From NCBI GenBank assembly GCA_020635675.1, contig JACJZJ010000005.1:147633-211632 (forward strand): DNA of 64,000 nucleotides, given 5' to 3'. A program made the position numbers and the translations under genes. Below are positions 30,095 through 39,128 of this stretch, piece after piece. The notes beneath the pieces are model-generated. The model was not told where the DNA came from. It was given only the letters and a program-made list of their open reading frames with translations, and ran no database searches. The first letter of the stretch is position 1; each line of letters starts with the position of its first letter. This stretch comes from Flavobacteriales bacterium. GTDB taxonomy: Bacteria; Bacteroidota; Bacteroidia; Flavobacteriales_F; PHOS-HE28.

Positions 30095-31525
30095 ATGAAG
30101 AGAGACCACGAGAAGGCCTGGGAACGGTGCCTCGCAGTGATCAAGGACAACGTCAGTCCGCAGAGCTTCAAGACCTGGTTCGAACCGATCAAGGCCTTGC
30201 GACTCCAGGACAACGTTCTCACGATCCAGGTACCGAGCCAGTTCTTCTATGAGTGGCTTGAAGAGCACTACATCGGGCTGTTGAAGAAGATCATCAAAAA
30301 GGAATTGGGGAGCGAAGGGCGTCTGGAGTATTCCATCATCATGGAGAACGGCTATCAGAGCGCCCACCCATACACCGTCAAGGTGCCCACCAGCAATGCG
30401 CGTGAGGTGAAGAATCCCGCCGTGCAGCTGCCGATCGATATCGCCAACAGCCCGATCAAGAATCCCTTCATCATTCCCGGCCTTCGCAAGATCAAGGTCG
30501 AGAGCCACCTCAACCAACATTACTCCTTCGAGAATTTCATCGAAGGGGACTGCAATCGACTGGCCCGCAGTGCGGGCTTCGCCGTCGCTCAGAAGCCCGG
30601 CGGGACGGCCTTCAATCCACTGTTGATCTATGGCGGTGTGGGCCTCGGAAAAACGCATCTGGCCCACGCCATCGGCATCGAGATCAAGCGGCACCATGCC
30701 GACCGGACGGTATTGTACGTACCTGCCGAGAAGTTCACCCAGCAGTTCATCGAAGCGGTGAAGAACAACACGGTAGGCGACTTCAGCCAGTTCTACCAGA
30801 TGATGGACGTCCTGATCATCGACGACGTCCAGTTCCTGGCGGGCAAAGAGAAGACGCAGGATGTGTTCTTCCACATCTTCAATCACCTTCATCAAAGCGG
30901 CAAGCAACTGGTGATCACCAGTGACAAGGCTCCGGTGGAGATGCAGGGCATGGAACAGCGCCTGCTCTCGCGGTTCAAATGGGGTTTGAGCGCCGACCTA
31001 CAGACCCCCGGACTGGAGACACGGATCGCCATCCTGCAGAAGAAGATGTATGCGGAAGGGATCGACCTGCCCAAGGAGGTGGTCGAATACCTCGCCTACA
31101 GCATCACCACCAACATCCGTGAACTGGAAGGGGCGATGATCAGCCTGATCGCCCAGAGCTCGCTGAACAAGAAGGCGGTGACCCTGGACCTGGCCAAGCA
31201 GATGATCGACAAGTTCGTGAAGAACACCGCGCGGGAGGTGTCGATCGATTACATCCAGAAAGTGGTGTGCGACTACTTCGACCTGCCGATCGAACTGCTC
31301 AAGAGCAAGACACGGAAGCGCGAAGTGGTGCAGGCCAGACAGATCGCGATGTACTTCGCCAAGAAGATGACCAAGAGTTCGCTGGCCAGCATCGGCGCCC
31401 ATTGCGGAGGCAAGGACCACGCCACCGTGCTGCACGCCTGCCGCACTGTGAACAATCTCCAGGAGACCGACAAACAGTTCCGCGGCTACCTGGAGGACCT
31501 GGAGAAGAAACTGAGCATCCATTAG
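30095..31525 (+). CDS. dnaA: chromosomal replication initiator protein DnaA
   Basis: AAA+ Walker A GGVGLGKTHL, the DnaA signature, and a C-terminal DNA-binding HTH (VVQARQIAMYFAKKMT). The track start at 30083 is a GTG; the ATG is at 30095. Confidence 0.93.
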   Translation: MKRDHEKAWERCLAVIKDNVSPQSFKTWFEPIKALRLQDNVLTIQVPSQFFYEWLEEHYIGLLKKIIKKELGSEGRLEYSIIMENGYQSAHPYTVKVPTSNAREVKNPAVQLPIDIANSPIKNPFIIPGLRKIKVESHLNQHYSFENFIEGDCNRLARSAGFAVAQKPGGTAFNPLLIYGGVGLGKTHLAHAIGIEIKRHHADRTVLYVPAEKFTQQFIEAVKNNTVGDFSQFYQMMDVLIIDDVQFLAGKEKTQDVFFHIFNHLHQSGKQLVITSDKAPVEMQGMEQRLLSRFKWGLSADLQTPGLETRIAILQKKMYAEGIDLPKEVVEYLAYSITTNIRELEGAMISLIAQSSLNKKAVTLDLAKQMIDKFVKNTAREVSIDYIQKVVCDYFDLPIELLKSKTRKREVVQARQIAMYFAKKMTKSSLASIGAHCGGKDHATVLHACRTVNNLQETDKQFRGYLEDLEKKLSIH

Positions 31526-31543
31526 ATCGCTCATCATGCGCCA

Positions 31544-31579
31544 GCGAAAGGACCGCAGCTGCGGTCCTTTCGCTTTTCC
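31544..31579 (+). terminator. rho-independent terminator after dnaA
   Basis: Perfect 30-bp palindrome GCGAAAGGACCGCAG/CTGCGGTCCTTTCGC followed by TTTTCC. Confidence 0.6.
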
Positions 31580-31588
31580 GACATTCGC

Positions 31589-32080
31589 ATGCCACCCCCG
31601 GTGAAGAAGAAGAACATGAAGGTCCTGATGGTCTGCCTGGGCAACATCTGTCGGTCCCCAATGGCCGAGGGCATACTCCGTAACAAGGTGCAGGGGCTTG
31701 GTATGGAGGTCATGACCGATTCCGCCGGAACAAGTGACTACCATGTCGGCGAACCGCCCGACCGCAGGGCCACCGCGACGATGGCCGGTCATGGGATCGA
31801 CATCAGCGACCTGCGAGCCCGGCGCTTCACCTCGGCCGACTTCCAACGCTTCGACCAACTGTTCGCGATGGATGCCGACAACCTGCGCGACATGTTGCGC
31901 ATGGCCCCCGATCCAGCTGCCGCCCGCAAGGCCCGGTCGATCCTGGACCTCGTGCCCGCCTATCCCCTGCGCTCCGTTCCCGACCCCTACTATGGAGGTG
32001 AGGAAGGGTTCGAAGAGGTGTACCGGATGTTGGACCAGGCTTGCGACGCCTTCATCACCACGATCCGTGGGCCGCATTGA
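31589..32080 (+). CDS. low molecular weight protein-tyrosine-phosphatase
   Basis: P-loop CLGNICRSPMAEG (CX5R) and DPYY motif. An alternative start exists at the ATG at 31616. Confidence 0.85.
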   Translation: MPPPVKKKNMKVLMVCLGNICRSPMAEGILRNKVQGLGMEVMTDSAGTSDYHVGEPPDRRATATMAGHGIDISDLRARRFTSADFQRFDQLFAMDADNLRDMLRMAPDPAAARKARSILDLVPAYPLRSVPDPYYGGEEGFEEVYRMLDQACDAFITTIRGPH

Positions 32081-32783
32081 CGCGCGCCTTCATCTAGTGC
32101 CGGTCTGGCTCGGCGAAGCAGGCGGCATCGAGGGAATGGCTCCGAACGTCGTGGAGACCATACGCCATATCCGACATTTCTTCGTGGAACATGAACGCAC
32201 GGCTCGGCGCACGTTGCGACGGATGGACCCGGAGTTCGACCTGGACCGTGTGCATCTGTACAGGCTGGACAAGGATTCCACCGAGGAGGACCTGGACGCG
32301 TTATTGCGCATCGCGCTGGAGCACGGCAACACTGCGATCTTGAGCGAGGCCGGCATGCCGGCGATCGCCGATCCGGGCGCCCGACTGGTCGCTCGCGCCC
32401 ATGTGGCAGGCGTCCGGGTGGTCCCGCTCGCCGGGCCTTCCTCGTTCCCGCTCGCCCTGGCCGCCAGCGGGCTGAACGGACAACAGTTCTGTTTCCATGG
32501 CTACCTGCCGAGAGATAGACATGAAAGGCGCCAGGCCCTCCAGCGTATCGAGCGGGAAATGAAGCGCACCGGGGCGACCCAAATGTTCATGGAGACCCCA
32601 TATCGCAACCGGGCACTTCTCGATGAACTGCTGCGCGCGCTATCACCAGGTACGCTGCTCTGCGTGGCGCTGGACCTTACCCAGCCGGGTGAGCAGATCG
32701 TGACCCGTACAGTGGCCGAATGGCGTAGTTCGCAGGTCGAACTTCCGGAAGCCCCGGCCCTGTTCCTGATCGGCCGGACCTGA
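32067..32783 (+). CDS. SAM-dependent methyltransferase, tetrapyrrole-methylase fold (RsmI/YraL-like)
   Basis: The C-terminal 238 aa of track ORF 31734..32783. The N-terminal part of that ORF is the LMW-PTP gene in another frame. Probable GTG start overlapping the phosphatase stop. Confidence 0.6.
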   Translation: MGRIDARLHLVPVWLGEAGGIEGMAPNVVETIRHIRHFFVEHERTARRTLRRMDPEFDLDRVHLYRLDKDSTEEDLDALLRIALEHGNTAILSEAGMPAIADPGARLVARAHVAGVRVVPLAGPSSFPLALAASGLNGQQFCFHGYLPRDRHERRQALQRIEREMKRTGATQMFMETPYRNRALLDELLRALSPGTLLCVALDLTQPGEQIVTRTVAEWRSSQVELPEAPALFLIGRT

Positions 32784-32788
32784 TGGAG

Positions 32789-34234
32789 CTAGCCGGGGAT
32801 AAGACAAGGCAGGGCTTCGGTGCTGCCGGGCCGTGCCTGCTTGCGTCCCTTTCGTTTCCCACGACAATAGGGACTCCTGAAAATGGTCCAACGCAGGGCC
32901 AAATAGATATCCGCGCCACGCACATCGCGCCTTGTGAAGAACGGTAGGACGTTGTCGGAGCCGATCAACAGGTCGTTCATACGAAGCATGAGCCCCACGC
33001 TGGGGTGCCTTGCATCATAGTCCGTCAGCACCACCGGTACCGCCAGAGCAAATCGCTTCATCTCAACGCGCGGCACCAACGCGATGCTGTTCGGCCTTCG
33101 CAGTCTTGTACCATTGGACCCACTGATCTGCTGGACCGCGTCCAGTGCGACATAGACCTTGTCCACGAGGCGTAGATCGGCCTGCAACGATATAGCGGTC
33201 GGTGTTCCGATCCGGAACTCCCGTTGATCCGTCCATCGGTCCAATGCGCTGCTGAACAGACTGTCCGCGGTGCGCGCATCCCCGATGTTCACGGCGGTAT
33301 AATCCGGGAACGTGGCTTCCGCTCCGGAGAACGACCCCGCGATCGCGTCCCCATACTTGATCCGTCCAAGGTCGAGCAGGGCAAACCCTATGCGGTAGCG
33401 ATAGCCCATGGGTTCGCAGCCCGTGGACGCCCCATGGGGCAGGTAGCGATCGCATTCCTCCAGTGTCCGTTCATACACGACACCGAGGTCAGCCCCCCAA
33501 CCCTGTCCCGCGCCAAGCCCGGGTGTGGCATAGCCATAGCTTCCGGTCGCCTCATGGACCTGGGCACGCATGGAATCGATCACGGTATATTCCAGAACGT
33601 CGAACTGAACTCCGGCACCGTAGATCCCCTGCAGGTAGCGGGCGGTCGCCCCGACGCTCCACATGCTGAAACCGGCCGCATGCAGGATCCGTGCATAGCT
33701 CAGGTCGATCTGCGCCCAACCCGCGCTCAAAGCCTTCACCCCCTGATCGCGGTACCGGATGCCGAGCTGTGGTCCGTAGTTCAGTCCCTCATAGATGAAG
33801 CGTCCCAGATGAGTGGGGACACCACTGATGCTCGTGAACGAACGAGCTCGGATGCCAGCAGCGATGGTACCCATACCCAGTGCACATGAAACCGCAGGGC
33901 CGTTGAGGTCTCCCTGCACGAACCCTTCCTTGTCGTCCGGGAAAAAAGCCCCCCGGACGCCCAATCCCACGCTGGGGGAGCCTTTGACACCGGCCTGGAT
34001 CTCACCTGTCAATGTGTGTTCCGAACCGGTCATCGCCACCAGGTCGTTCCAGACGTACGAATGGGCACCCAGGATGCGGACCTGGGCATACGGCCATTGG
34101 CCTGCGATCCGAGCGGGATTCAGCATCACCGCATCCGTGGGGTCATAGTTGCCGTTCACCACACCGAACTGTTCCTGTGCACGCAGGGCAAAGGGCAGGA
34201 CGCATGCGGCGGCCAATGGGAGGAGCCGGGACAT
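32789..34234 (-). CDS. outer membrane transport protein, OmpP1/FadL/TodX-like
   Basis: Signal peptide plus an N-terminal hatch with NPA motif (AVMLNPARIAG), as in FadL. About 450-aa barrel-like alternating pattern. The C-terminus shows ALRWTIF followed by a 29-aa basic extension. Confidence 0.5.
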   Translation of the reverse strand: MSRLLPLAAACVLPFALRAQEQFGVVNGNYDPTDAVMLNPARIAGQWPYAQVRILGAHSYVWNDLVAMTGSEHTLTGEIQAGVKGSPSVGLGVRGAFFPDDKEGFVQGDLNGPAVSCALGMGTIAAGIRARSFTSISGVPTHLGRFIYEGLNYGPQLGIRYRDQGVKALSAGWAQIDLSYARILHAAGFSMWSVGATARYLQGIYGAGVQFDVLEYTVIDSMRAQVHEATGSYGYATPGLGAGQGWGADLGVVYERTLEECDRYLPHGASTGCEPMGYRYRIGFALLDLGRIKYGDAIAGSFSGAEATFPDYTAVNIGDARTADSLFSSALDRWTDQREFRIGTPTAISLQADLRLVDKVYVALDAVQQISGSNGTRLRRPNSIALVPRVEMKRFALAVPVVLTDYDARHPSVGLMLRMNDLLIGSDNVLPFFTRRDVRGADIYLALRWTIFRSPYCRGKRKGRKQARPGSTEALPCLIPG

Positions 34235-34267
34235 GACGCCGTTGATACGGCATTCACAGGCAAGGGT

Positions 34268-35164
34268 TCAGTTCCCGACCTGTGGCGAGTGTTCGAGGTC
34301 CAACAGCTCGATCTCGTAGACGACGGTGGTGAAGGGCGGAACGATACCCAAGGCCGATCCCTTGTGACCAAAGGCCAGTGCTGAGGGCACGATGAGCGTG
34401 CCGCGCCCGCCCTTTCCGAGGGCATAGAGTCCCATTTCCAGGCCGCGGATCACCTGGTCGGGATCACCCAATCTGAAGTGCAGAGGACCATCGGGGCCAT
34501 GGTTGTCGTCGAACACACGTCCATCGAGGAAGCGTCCCACGTAGGCCACCGTGACCGCATCCCCTGACCGCGCATGGGGGCCGACGCCACTGTCCGCGAC
34601 CTGCACGTACATGCCGCTCCCCCAATAGGAGATCGTGTCGATCTCGTGTTCACCGAGGTAGGCGAGCAGTACCCGCCGTTCATCCGCCTCTTGGTCCGCC
34701 TTCCAACCTTGAAAGCGGCTCTCCTCCGCCCGCACTTGCGCCGGATCCCGGATCGAACGTACCCGAATATGGACATCGATCAGGAGCGTGTCGGACACCG
34801 GTCGCAGATGGGTAAGATCCAGTCCACTCCAGGGAAGATCACGGCACAGGCCCAGGATGCTCGCACTGTCCCCCATGTGCAGCTGCGCGACCGCATTTCC
34901 AAGGCCAGTGCCGGCGATATCGCTCAGGACCAACCCACGATCACCGCTGAACACCGACCCCGCGCCACCATTCACCGGTCCGATCCGGAGCGCCAGCGTT
35001 ATCCTGTCGCTGTCCGAGGGAACACGCTCACCGTCACCCAGTGCGAGCAGACGCAGGTAGGTCCCCTTGCCGAGGTCCCTGTATCCGGGATGTGGATCGG
35101 ACGTGCAGGAGCCGAGGAGCAGGAGCATGATCGCCCATGCAGGAAGGGTGCGCGAATGTCTCAC
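34268..35164 (-). CDS. FKBP-type peptidyl-prolyl cis-trans isomerase lipoprotein
   Basis: Lipobox LLLLGSC. C-terminal FKBP domain (VTVAYVGRFLDGRVFDDN...GLEMGLYALGKGGRGTLIVPSALAFG). Confidence 0.8.
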   Translation of the reverse strand: MRHSRTLPAWAIMLLLLGSCTSDPHPGYRDLGKGTYLRLLALGDGERVPSDSDRITLALRIGPVNGGAGSVFSGDRGLVLSDIAGTGLGNAVAQLHMGDSASILGLCRDLPWSGLDLTHLRPVSDTLLIDVHIRVRSIRDPAQVRAEESRFQGWKADQEADERRVLLAYLGEHEIDTISYWGSGMYVQVADSGVGPHARSGDAVTVAYVGRFLDGRVFDDNHGPDGPLHFRLGDPDQVIRGLEMGLYALGKGGRGTLIVPSALAFGHKGSALGIVPPFTTVVYEIELLDLEHSPQVGN

Positions 35165-35688
35165 GGCTTGTCGGAAACGGAAAGCAGGCCGATGTGATAC
35201 ACCACGGAACTCCGCATCGGAACCTTGTCAAGGTCCCCGATGAGCCCGTGTGCGCGATAGGACGGTAGGATGAACACGGCGGAATCACCTGGTGAGAGAT
35301 GTTGAATGGCTTCATGCAGACCGCTCTCCACGTCGTCCATGGCCACTTGAAAGGCCACCGGGTCATCCGGGTCGGAGGAGTAGCAGACCGTTCCATCGAG
35401 CAGTTCGATGCGAAAATCGACATGCGCCCATTGCTCCGGCCGGGCCGTGTCACCGGGAACATCCCGCAGAAGTTGCCAGAATATCCCCGTGCCACTGGTA
35501 TGCCCGGAGAGGCCATGCCTGCGGACGTAGTTCCGGATATCGCCCGCCTCGATCCGCTCAGCGCGTTTGTTCGCCTCGATGAGACCCTGTCGTTGATCGT
35601 CATGCACGGACCGAGCGGCGGAGGGTGCATCGCCTCCCTGCCGGCATCCCACCATCACCACGGCCAGGAACAAGGGCCATCTGCTCAT
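35161..35688 (-). CDS. FKBP-type peptidyl-prolyl cis-trans isomerase lipoprotein (GldI-like size)
   Basis: Lipobox VVMVGC. Contains a FKBP domain. 175 aa. Confidence 0.75.
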   Translation of the reverse strand: MSRWPLFLAVVMVGCRQGGDAPSAARSVHDDQRQGLIEANKRAERIEAGDIRNYVRRHGLSGHTSGTGIFWQLLRDVPGDTARPEQWAHVDFRIELLDGTVCYSSDPDDPVAFQVAMDDVESGLHEAIQHLSPGDSAVFILPSYRAHGLIGDLDKVPMRSSVVYHIGLLSVSDKP

Positions 35689-36710
35689 GCCGGGTGGGCC
35701 TCGAGAAAGGTCGGCAGCACCTGCATGAACCGATCGATGGTGCTCCGCAGGTCCGTCAAGCTCTGACCACCCGCGGCATTGATGTGCCCACCCCCATCAA
35801 AATGCTCGGCCAACAGCTCGTTCACGGGCAGATCGCCCACGGACCTCAGGCTGATCTTGATCCGGTCACCCCGCTCCATGAAGAACGCGGAAAGCCGAAC
35901 ACCACGAATGGAAAGGCCGTAGTTGACGAACCCCTCCGTGTCGCCCGGATGGAAATGATGCCGGTCCAGGTCCTGTCGGCTCAGTGCGATGACCGCCGTA
36001 CCCAGGTCCTCGTGGACCGTGAGCCGTTCGGAGAGCATGAATCCGAGCAGTTTGACCCTGTGCATCGTGTTCTCGTCCATCACGGCGGCATGGATCTCAT
36101 GCGGTCGTGCGCCCATCTCCAACAAACGCGCTGCCACGCGATGGGTGTGTGGCGTGGTCGCCGGGAAACGAAAGGACCCCGTGTCCGTCATGATCCCGGT
36201 GTACAAACATGTCGCTGCGTCCGGTCCGATGCGGCCCGCCTGGCCGAGCGCATCGATGATATCAAAGACCATCTGCGAGGTGGAGCTCGATCCCGTGTCG
36301 GAAAATCCGACCGCCACATCGATGTCGGGATGTTGGTGATGATCGATCAACACACGACAACGTACCAGGGAGAGCTGTTCTGCAAGGGGCCCGACGCGAT
36401 CCACCCGATTGAAATCCAGGCAGAGGACAACATCCGCCTCACGCAGCAGTTGCTCCGCCCTGTCCCTTGAACGATCGGCGCACACCACGTCCGGATATCC
36501 GGGCATCCATTGCAGGAAGGCAGGAGGCGTATTGGGCATCAGCACATCCACGGTGCGCCCCATGGCACGAAGGGCATGGCCCATTCCCAGCGCGGAGCCC
36601 ATGGCATCGCCATCCGGATTGTAGTGGCCGATGATCGCGAGACGATGGGGCGCCCCGATCAGGTCGCGAAAAGTGGCAATGGACGGGTGAGCAGGCGCTA
36701 TGAACGACAT
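35685..36710 (-). CDS. nrnA: DHH/DHHA1 bifunctional oligoribonuclease and PAP phosphatase NrnA
   Basis: Contains IIGHYNPDGDAMGSALG, the DHH motif LIDHHQ, and a DHHA1 C-terminus GGGHINAAG. Confidence 0.85.
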   Translation of the reverse strand: MSFIAPAHPSIATFRDLIGAPHRLAIIGHYNPDGDAMGSALGMGHALRAMGRTVDVLMPNTPPAFLQWMPGYPDVVCADRSRDRAEQLLREADVVLCLDFNRVDRVGPLAEQLSLVRCRVLIDHHQHPDIDVAVGFSDTGSSSTSQMVFDIIDALGQAGRIGPDAATCLYTGIMTDTGSFRFPATTPHTHRVAARLLEMGARPHEIHAAVMDENTMHRVKLLGFMLSERLTVHEDLGTAVIALSRQDLDRHHFHPGDTEGFVNYGLSIRGVRLSAFFMERGDRIKISLRSVGDLPVNELLAEHFDGGGHINAAGGQSLTDLRSTIDRFMQVLPTFLEAHPA

Positions 36711-36754
36711 CGGGCGGCCAAAGTTAGCCGCCCGTGCCGTGCGATCGATAGGGT

Positions 36755-37360
36755 TCAGAAGCCCAGTTGCGGCGTCGGCATATGCTCGATCAGAATGCCC
36801 ACGCAGCCGATATCCATGTCCTTGGTCCTGCCCTTCGGCTGGTCGACACCCGGAGCCACCACCTCCACCACCAGCCGCTTGGTGGATGTACAGGTGAACT
36901 CTACGGTCTGGGCCATTTCATGCTCCGTGTTGTCCCACAGCACCTTGCGGTCATCGGCGAACTCGGTCTTGGTCTCCGTTCGTTTCACCTGACGGATCTC
37001 GCCGGTGGGCTCGCCATTATCGTCGAACACCTGAACGGTGTCCACGGCATCCATGGTGACCTGATGAGGGACGCGCACTTTCTCCACCAAACGCGCGACC
37101 ACGTGATCTCCGATGATGCGTTCATCGAAACAGAAGGAGATCCGGTAGTCCTGACCGCGATAGACGATGATGTTCAGCTCCGTGGGGACTCCGACCTGGA
37201 CGCTGGCGCTCTTGCTTTGTCCATTGACCGAAAATCGCGGGTCCGTGGAGCGGTCGCAATTGAACTTGTGGTAATCGGAACAATCGTACTGTGCCGTTGC
37301 GGTTTGCAGGCAGGTCAGGGCCAGGCAGGCCGGGATGATCGATCTGTACAGGGGTCGCAT
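36755..37360 (-). CDS. hypothetical secreted Cys-containing protein
   Basis: Signal peptide MRPLYRSIIPACLALTCLQTATAQ. 201 aa. No family recognised. Confidence 0.5.
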   Translation of the reverse strand: MRPLYRSIIPACLALTCLQTATAQYDCSDYHKFNCDRSTDPRFSVNGQSKSASVQVGVPTELNIIVYRGQDYRISFCFDERIIGDHVVARLVEKVRVPHQVTMDAVDTVQVFDDNGEPTGEIRQVKRTETKTEFADDRKVLWDNTEHEMAQTVEFTCTSTKRLVVEVVAPGVDQPKGRTKDMDIGCVGILIEHMPTPQLGF

Positions 37361-37365
37361 AGCTG

Positions 37366-38277
37366 TCAGGCGTTCGTTTTCACCTTCACCACGTCCTCGG
37401 GCCGGATCAGTTCCTCCCGCAGGGCCTCGATCTTCTTCTCGAGCTCATCGTACTGGTCGGACGTCATACGGACGCTTACGTCATCACCGAGCACCATGCG
37501 GCCGGAGCTGCTCGTGCCGACATGCGACGTTCGCCTTTCCTGAAGCTGGTCGTATATGTTCCGGATGTCGACCAGTTCCTTCCGTACAGGGCCGACATTG
37601 GGGTCGTCCTTGTATTGCCGCAACATATCGAGGAGGTGCTCCAGGCTCACCTTCTGTTCGGCGACGCGGGCCACCAGGGGATCATCGGGATCGAACATCG
37701 TGATCTGGCGCATGACCAGATGCATGCTTTCCACCCAGCCACCCACCAATACCAACCCGAGGGTGGGCCCCATTCTTTCGTCCTGCATCTTCTCGTACGC
37801 GCGGTAGTACGCCTCGTTGCTGATGACCTCCAGGGAATCACCATGGGACAGATTGGACTCCAGCCGCGCGAAGTCCTGATCGGTGAACACGGCGGCGAGA
37901 CCGAGCTCATCCCCGAGCTTCTTGACAGTGAGGTAGTAGCGGACCACCTCCACGTTCAACTTGAAATAGCTGGCGTAGACCAGGTCGGTGGCGTAGATGC
38001 CGAAATTGCAAGCCCGACCTGCAAGGCTGACGAAGCGATCGGCGTTGTTCGCCGGGTTCATCATGCGCTTCTGCCCTTCGCCGGCCATTTCCCGTACGAT
38101 GGAGAATAGTTCGTTGGGCGTTGGCATCTGGTAGAGGCTGACGGCGTCGGCACCGCCATCATCGCTGATCACAAGCCTCTCCGTTGCCTGCTGGTCGCCG
38201 TGCTCCTCCGCGCCGCCGCCACAGGAGGAGGCCAGCAGCACGAGGCCGATGGTGAGGAAATGCGCTTTCATATTCAT
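37366..38277 (-). CDS. hypothetical lipoprotein
   Basis: Lipobox [10 protein letters not shown] at the internal Met MNMKAHF. 304 aa. No family recognised. Confidence 0.5.
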   Translation of the reverse strand: MNMKAHFLTIGLVLLASSCGGGAEEHGDQQATERLVISDDGGADAVSLYQMPTPNELFSIVREMAGEGQKRMMNPANNADRFVSLAGRACNFGIYATDLVYASYFKLNVEVVRYYLTVKKLGDELGLAAVFTDQDFARLESNLSHGDSLEVISNEAYYRAYEKMQDERMGPTLGLVLVGGWVESMHLVMRQITMFDPDDPLVARVAEQKVSLEHLLDMLRQYKDDPNVGPVRKELVDIRNIYDQLQERRTSHVGTSSSGRMVLGDDVSVRMTSDQYDELEKKIEALREELIRPEDVVKVKTNA

Positions 38278-38364
38278 GGTGGGCCACCGCGATGGCAGCC
38301 CACTGGTTTTGGTCCTTCGGCGAAGGAAGCATGATCCGGGGGCGGCCCCGATCACCTGGGGATC

Positions 38365-38372
38365 TATTTTTG
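38365..38372 (+). promoter_or_regulatory. candidate -7 element TATTTTTG upstream of ndk
   Basis: Exact TAnnTTTG match 21 nt before the ATG at 38393. Confidence 0.3.
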
Positions 38373-38392
38373 CGCGGCTTTTTCAACAACCC

Positions 38393-38812
38393 ATGGCAGG
38401 AGACCGCACCTTCACGATGATCAAGCCCGAGGCCGTGGCCGCCGGGCACGCCGGCAAGATCATCGATATGATCACTTCCAACGGCTTCCGCATCATCGCG
38501 ATGCGGTACACCCGGCTCTCTCATCACGAGGCCGGTACGTTCTACGCCGTCCACAAGGATCGTCCTTTCTATGGGGAGCTGGTCGATTACATGGCCAGCG
38601 GGCCCATTTTCGCGGCGATCCTGGAAAAGGACAATGCCGTGGAGGACTTTCGCAAATTGATCGGGGCCACGGACCCTGCCCAGGCCGAGGAGGGCACGAT
38701 ACGGAAGCGTTTCGCAGAGAGCAAGGCGAAGAACGCGGTGCACGGCAGTGACAGTGATGCCAATGCCGCGATCGAAGGGGCCTACTTCTTCAGCAGCCGC
38801 GACTGTTTTTGA
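38393..38812 (+). CDS. ndk: nucleoside-diphosphate kinase
   Basis: Contains [10 protein letters not shown] and an active-site His region NAVHGSDS. 139 aa from the internal ATG. Confidence 0.92.
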   Translation: MAGDRTFTMIKPEAVAAGHAGKIIDMITSNGFRIIAMRYTRLSHHEAGTFYAVHKDRPFYGELVDYMASGPIFAAILEKDNAVEDFRKLIGATDPAQAEEGTIRKRFAESKAKNAVHGSDSDANAAIEGAYFFSSRDCF

Positions 38813-38819
38813 CCACGGC

Positions 38820-39128
38820 TCAGACGAGCACCACTTCACGCACGACCTCACGGCCGAACCGCTCGTTCAGCCGGTCGATCAGTTGTTCCTTCAGATAGCT
38901 CAGTTCCTGTCGCAGCGGTGCACTGTCCACGGTGACCGTCAAGCGTCCACGCTTGAGCGAAAGGTCCTTGGTGTGCCGTGCCACCATGCCGCCCGCCACC
39001 TCGTCCCAAATGCTGGCCACCTCCTGTTCATCGAGCTTTTCGCGCAGCCCGAAAGAATCGACCATGTCACCAAGGGCCTCACCCAACGACCGTTCGTTCG
39101 AGGGTCTCCATCTGTATGGCTTCGTCAT
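38820..39128 (-). CDS. DUF721 domain-containing protein
   Basis: About 100-aa protein immediately downstream of recF and overlapping it, as is typical for DUF721. Confidence 0.7.
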   Translation of the reverse strand: MTKPYRWRPSNERSLGEALGDMVDSFGLREKLDEQEVASIWDEVAGGMVARHTKDLSLKRGRLTVTVDSAPLRQELSYLKEQLIDRLNERFGREVVREVVLV

